In this document: in pieces, positions 48,036 through 48,068 of the stretch | Layout: each line of letters begins with the position of its first letter | How positions within the stretch are numbered: position 1 is the first letter of the stretch | NCBI RefSeq assembly: GCF_001194135.2 | Contig: NC_068996.1 | Span: forward strand, 7,614,276-7,662,343 | Direction of reading: 5' to 3' | Length of the DNA stretch: 48,068 nucleotides | From: Octopus bimaculoides | Taxonomy: Eukaryota | Notes under the pieces: model-generated | Database searches by the model: none | The model's input: the letters and a program-made list of their open reading frames with translations, nothing else | What the model was told of the DNA's origin: nothing | Position numbers and translations under genes: made by a program

Positions 48036-48068
48036 TAAATACATATATATATATATATATATATATAT

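Overview
Eukaryotic, very AT-rich, microsatellite-riddled short-read scaffold with six N gaps. The repeat families look like those of a coleoid cephalopod (Octopus-like; inference from recall, not a database hit). No host gene can be securely called: almost all listed ORFs are translations of (TA)n/(CA)n/(GAT)n repeats or of decayed transposons. Recognisable elements: a 1,286-bp near-intact mellifera-type mariner (DD34D); two copies of a Tc1-like element with DD36E spacing; three deleted DD37D (maT) elements; RTE, Tx1/L1 and Penelope-like (PLE) remnants; several tRNA-derived SINE families; TTAA-flanked MITEs; and a probable non-autonomous Helitron. The most striking system is a ~270-bp retro-element that joins a tRNA-like Pol III head to a minimal PLE-type hammerhead ribozyme. 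It occurs at four loci (six ribozyme motifs). At two loci it sits as a head-to-head palindromic dimer enclosed by one 12-bp target-site duplication, and a third locus has a short fold-back arm. This suggests a hairpin (fold-back) insertion route for a ribozyme-bearing SINE.
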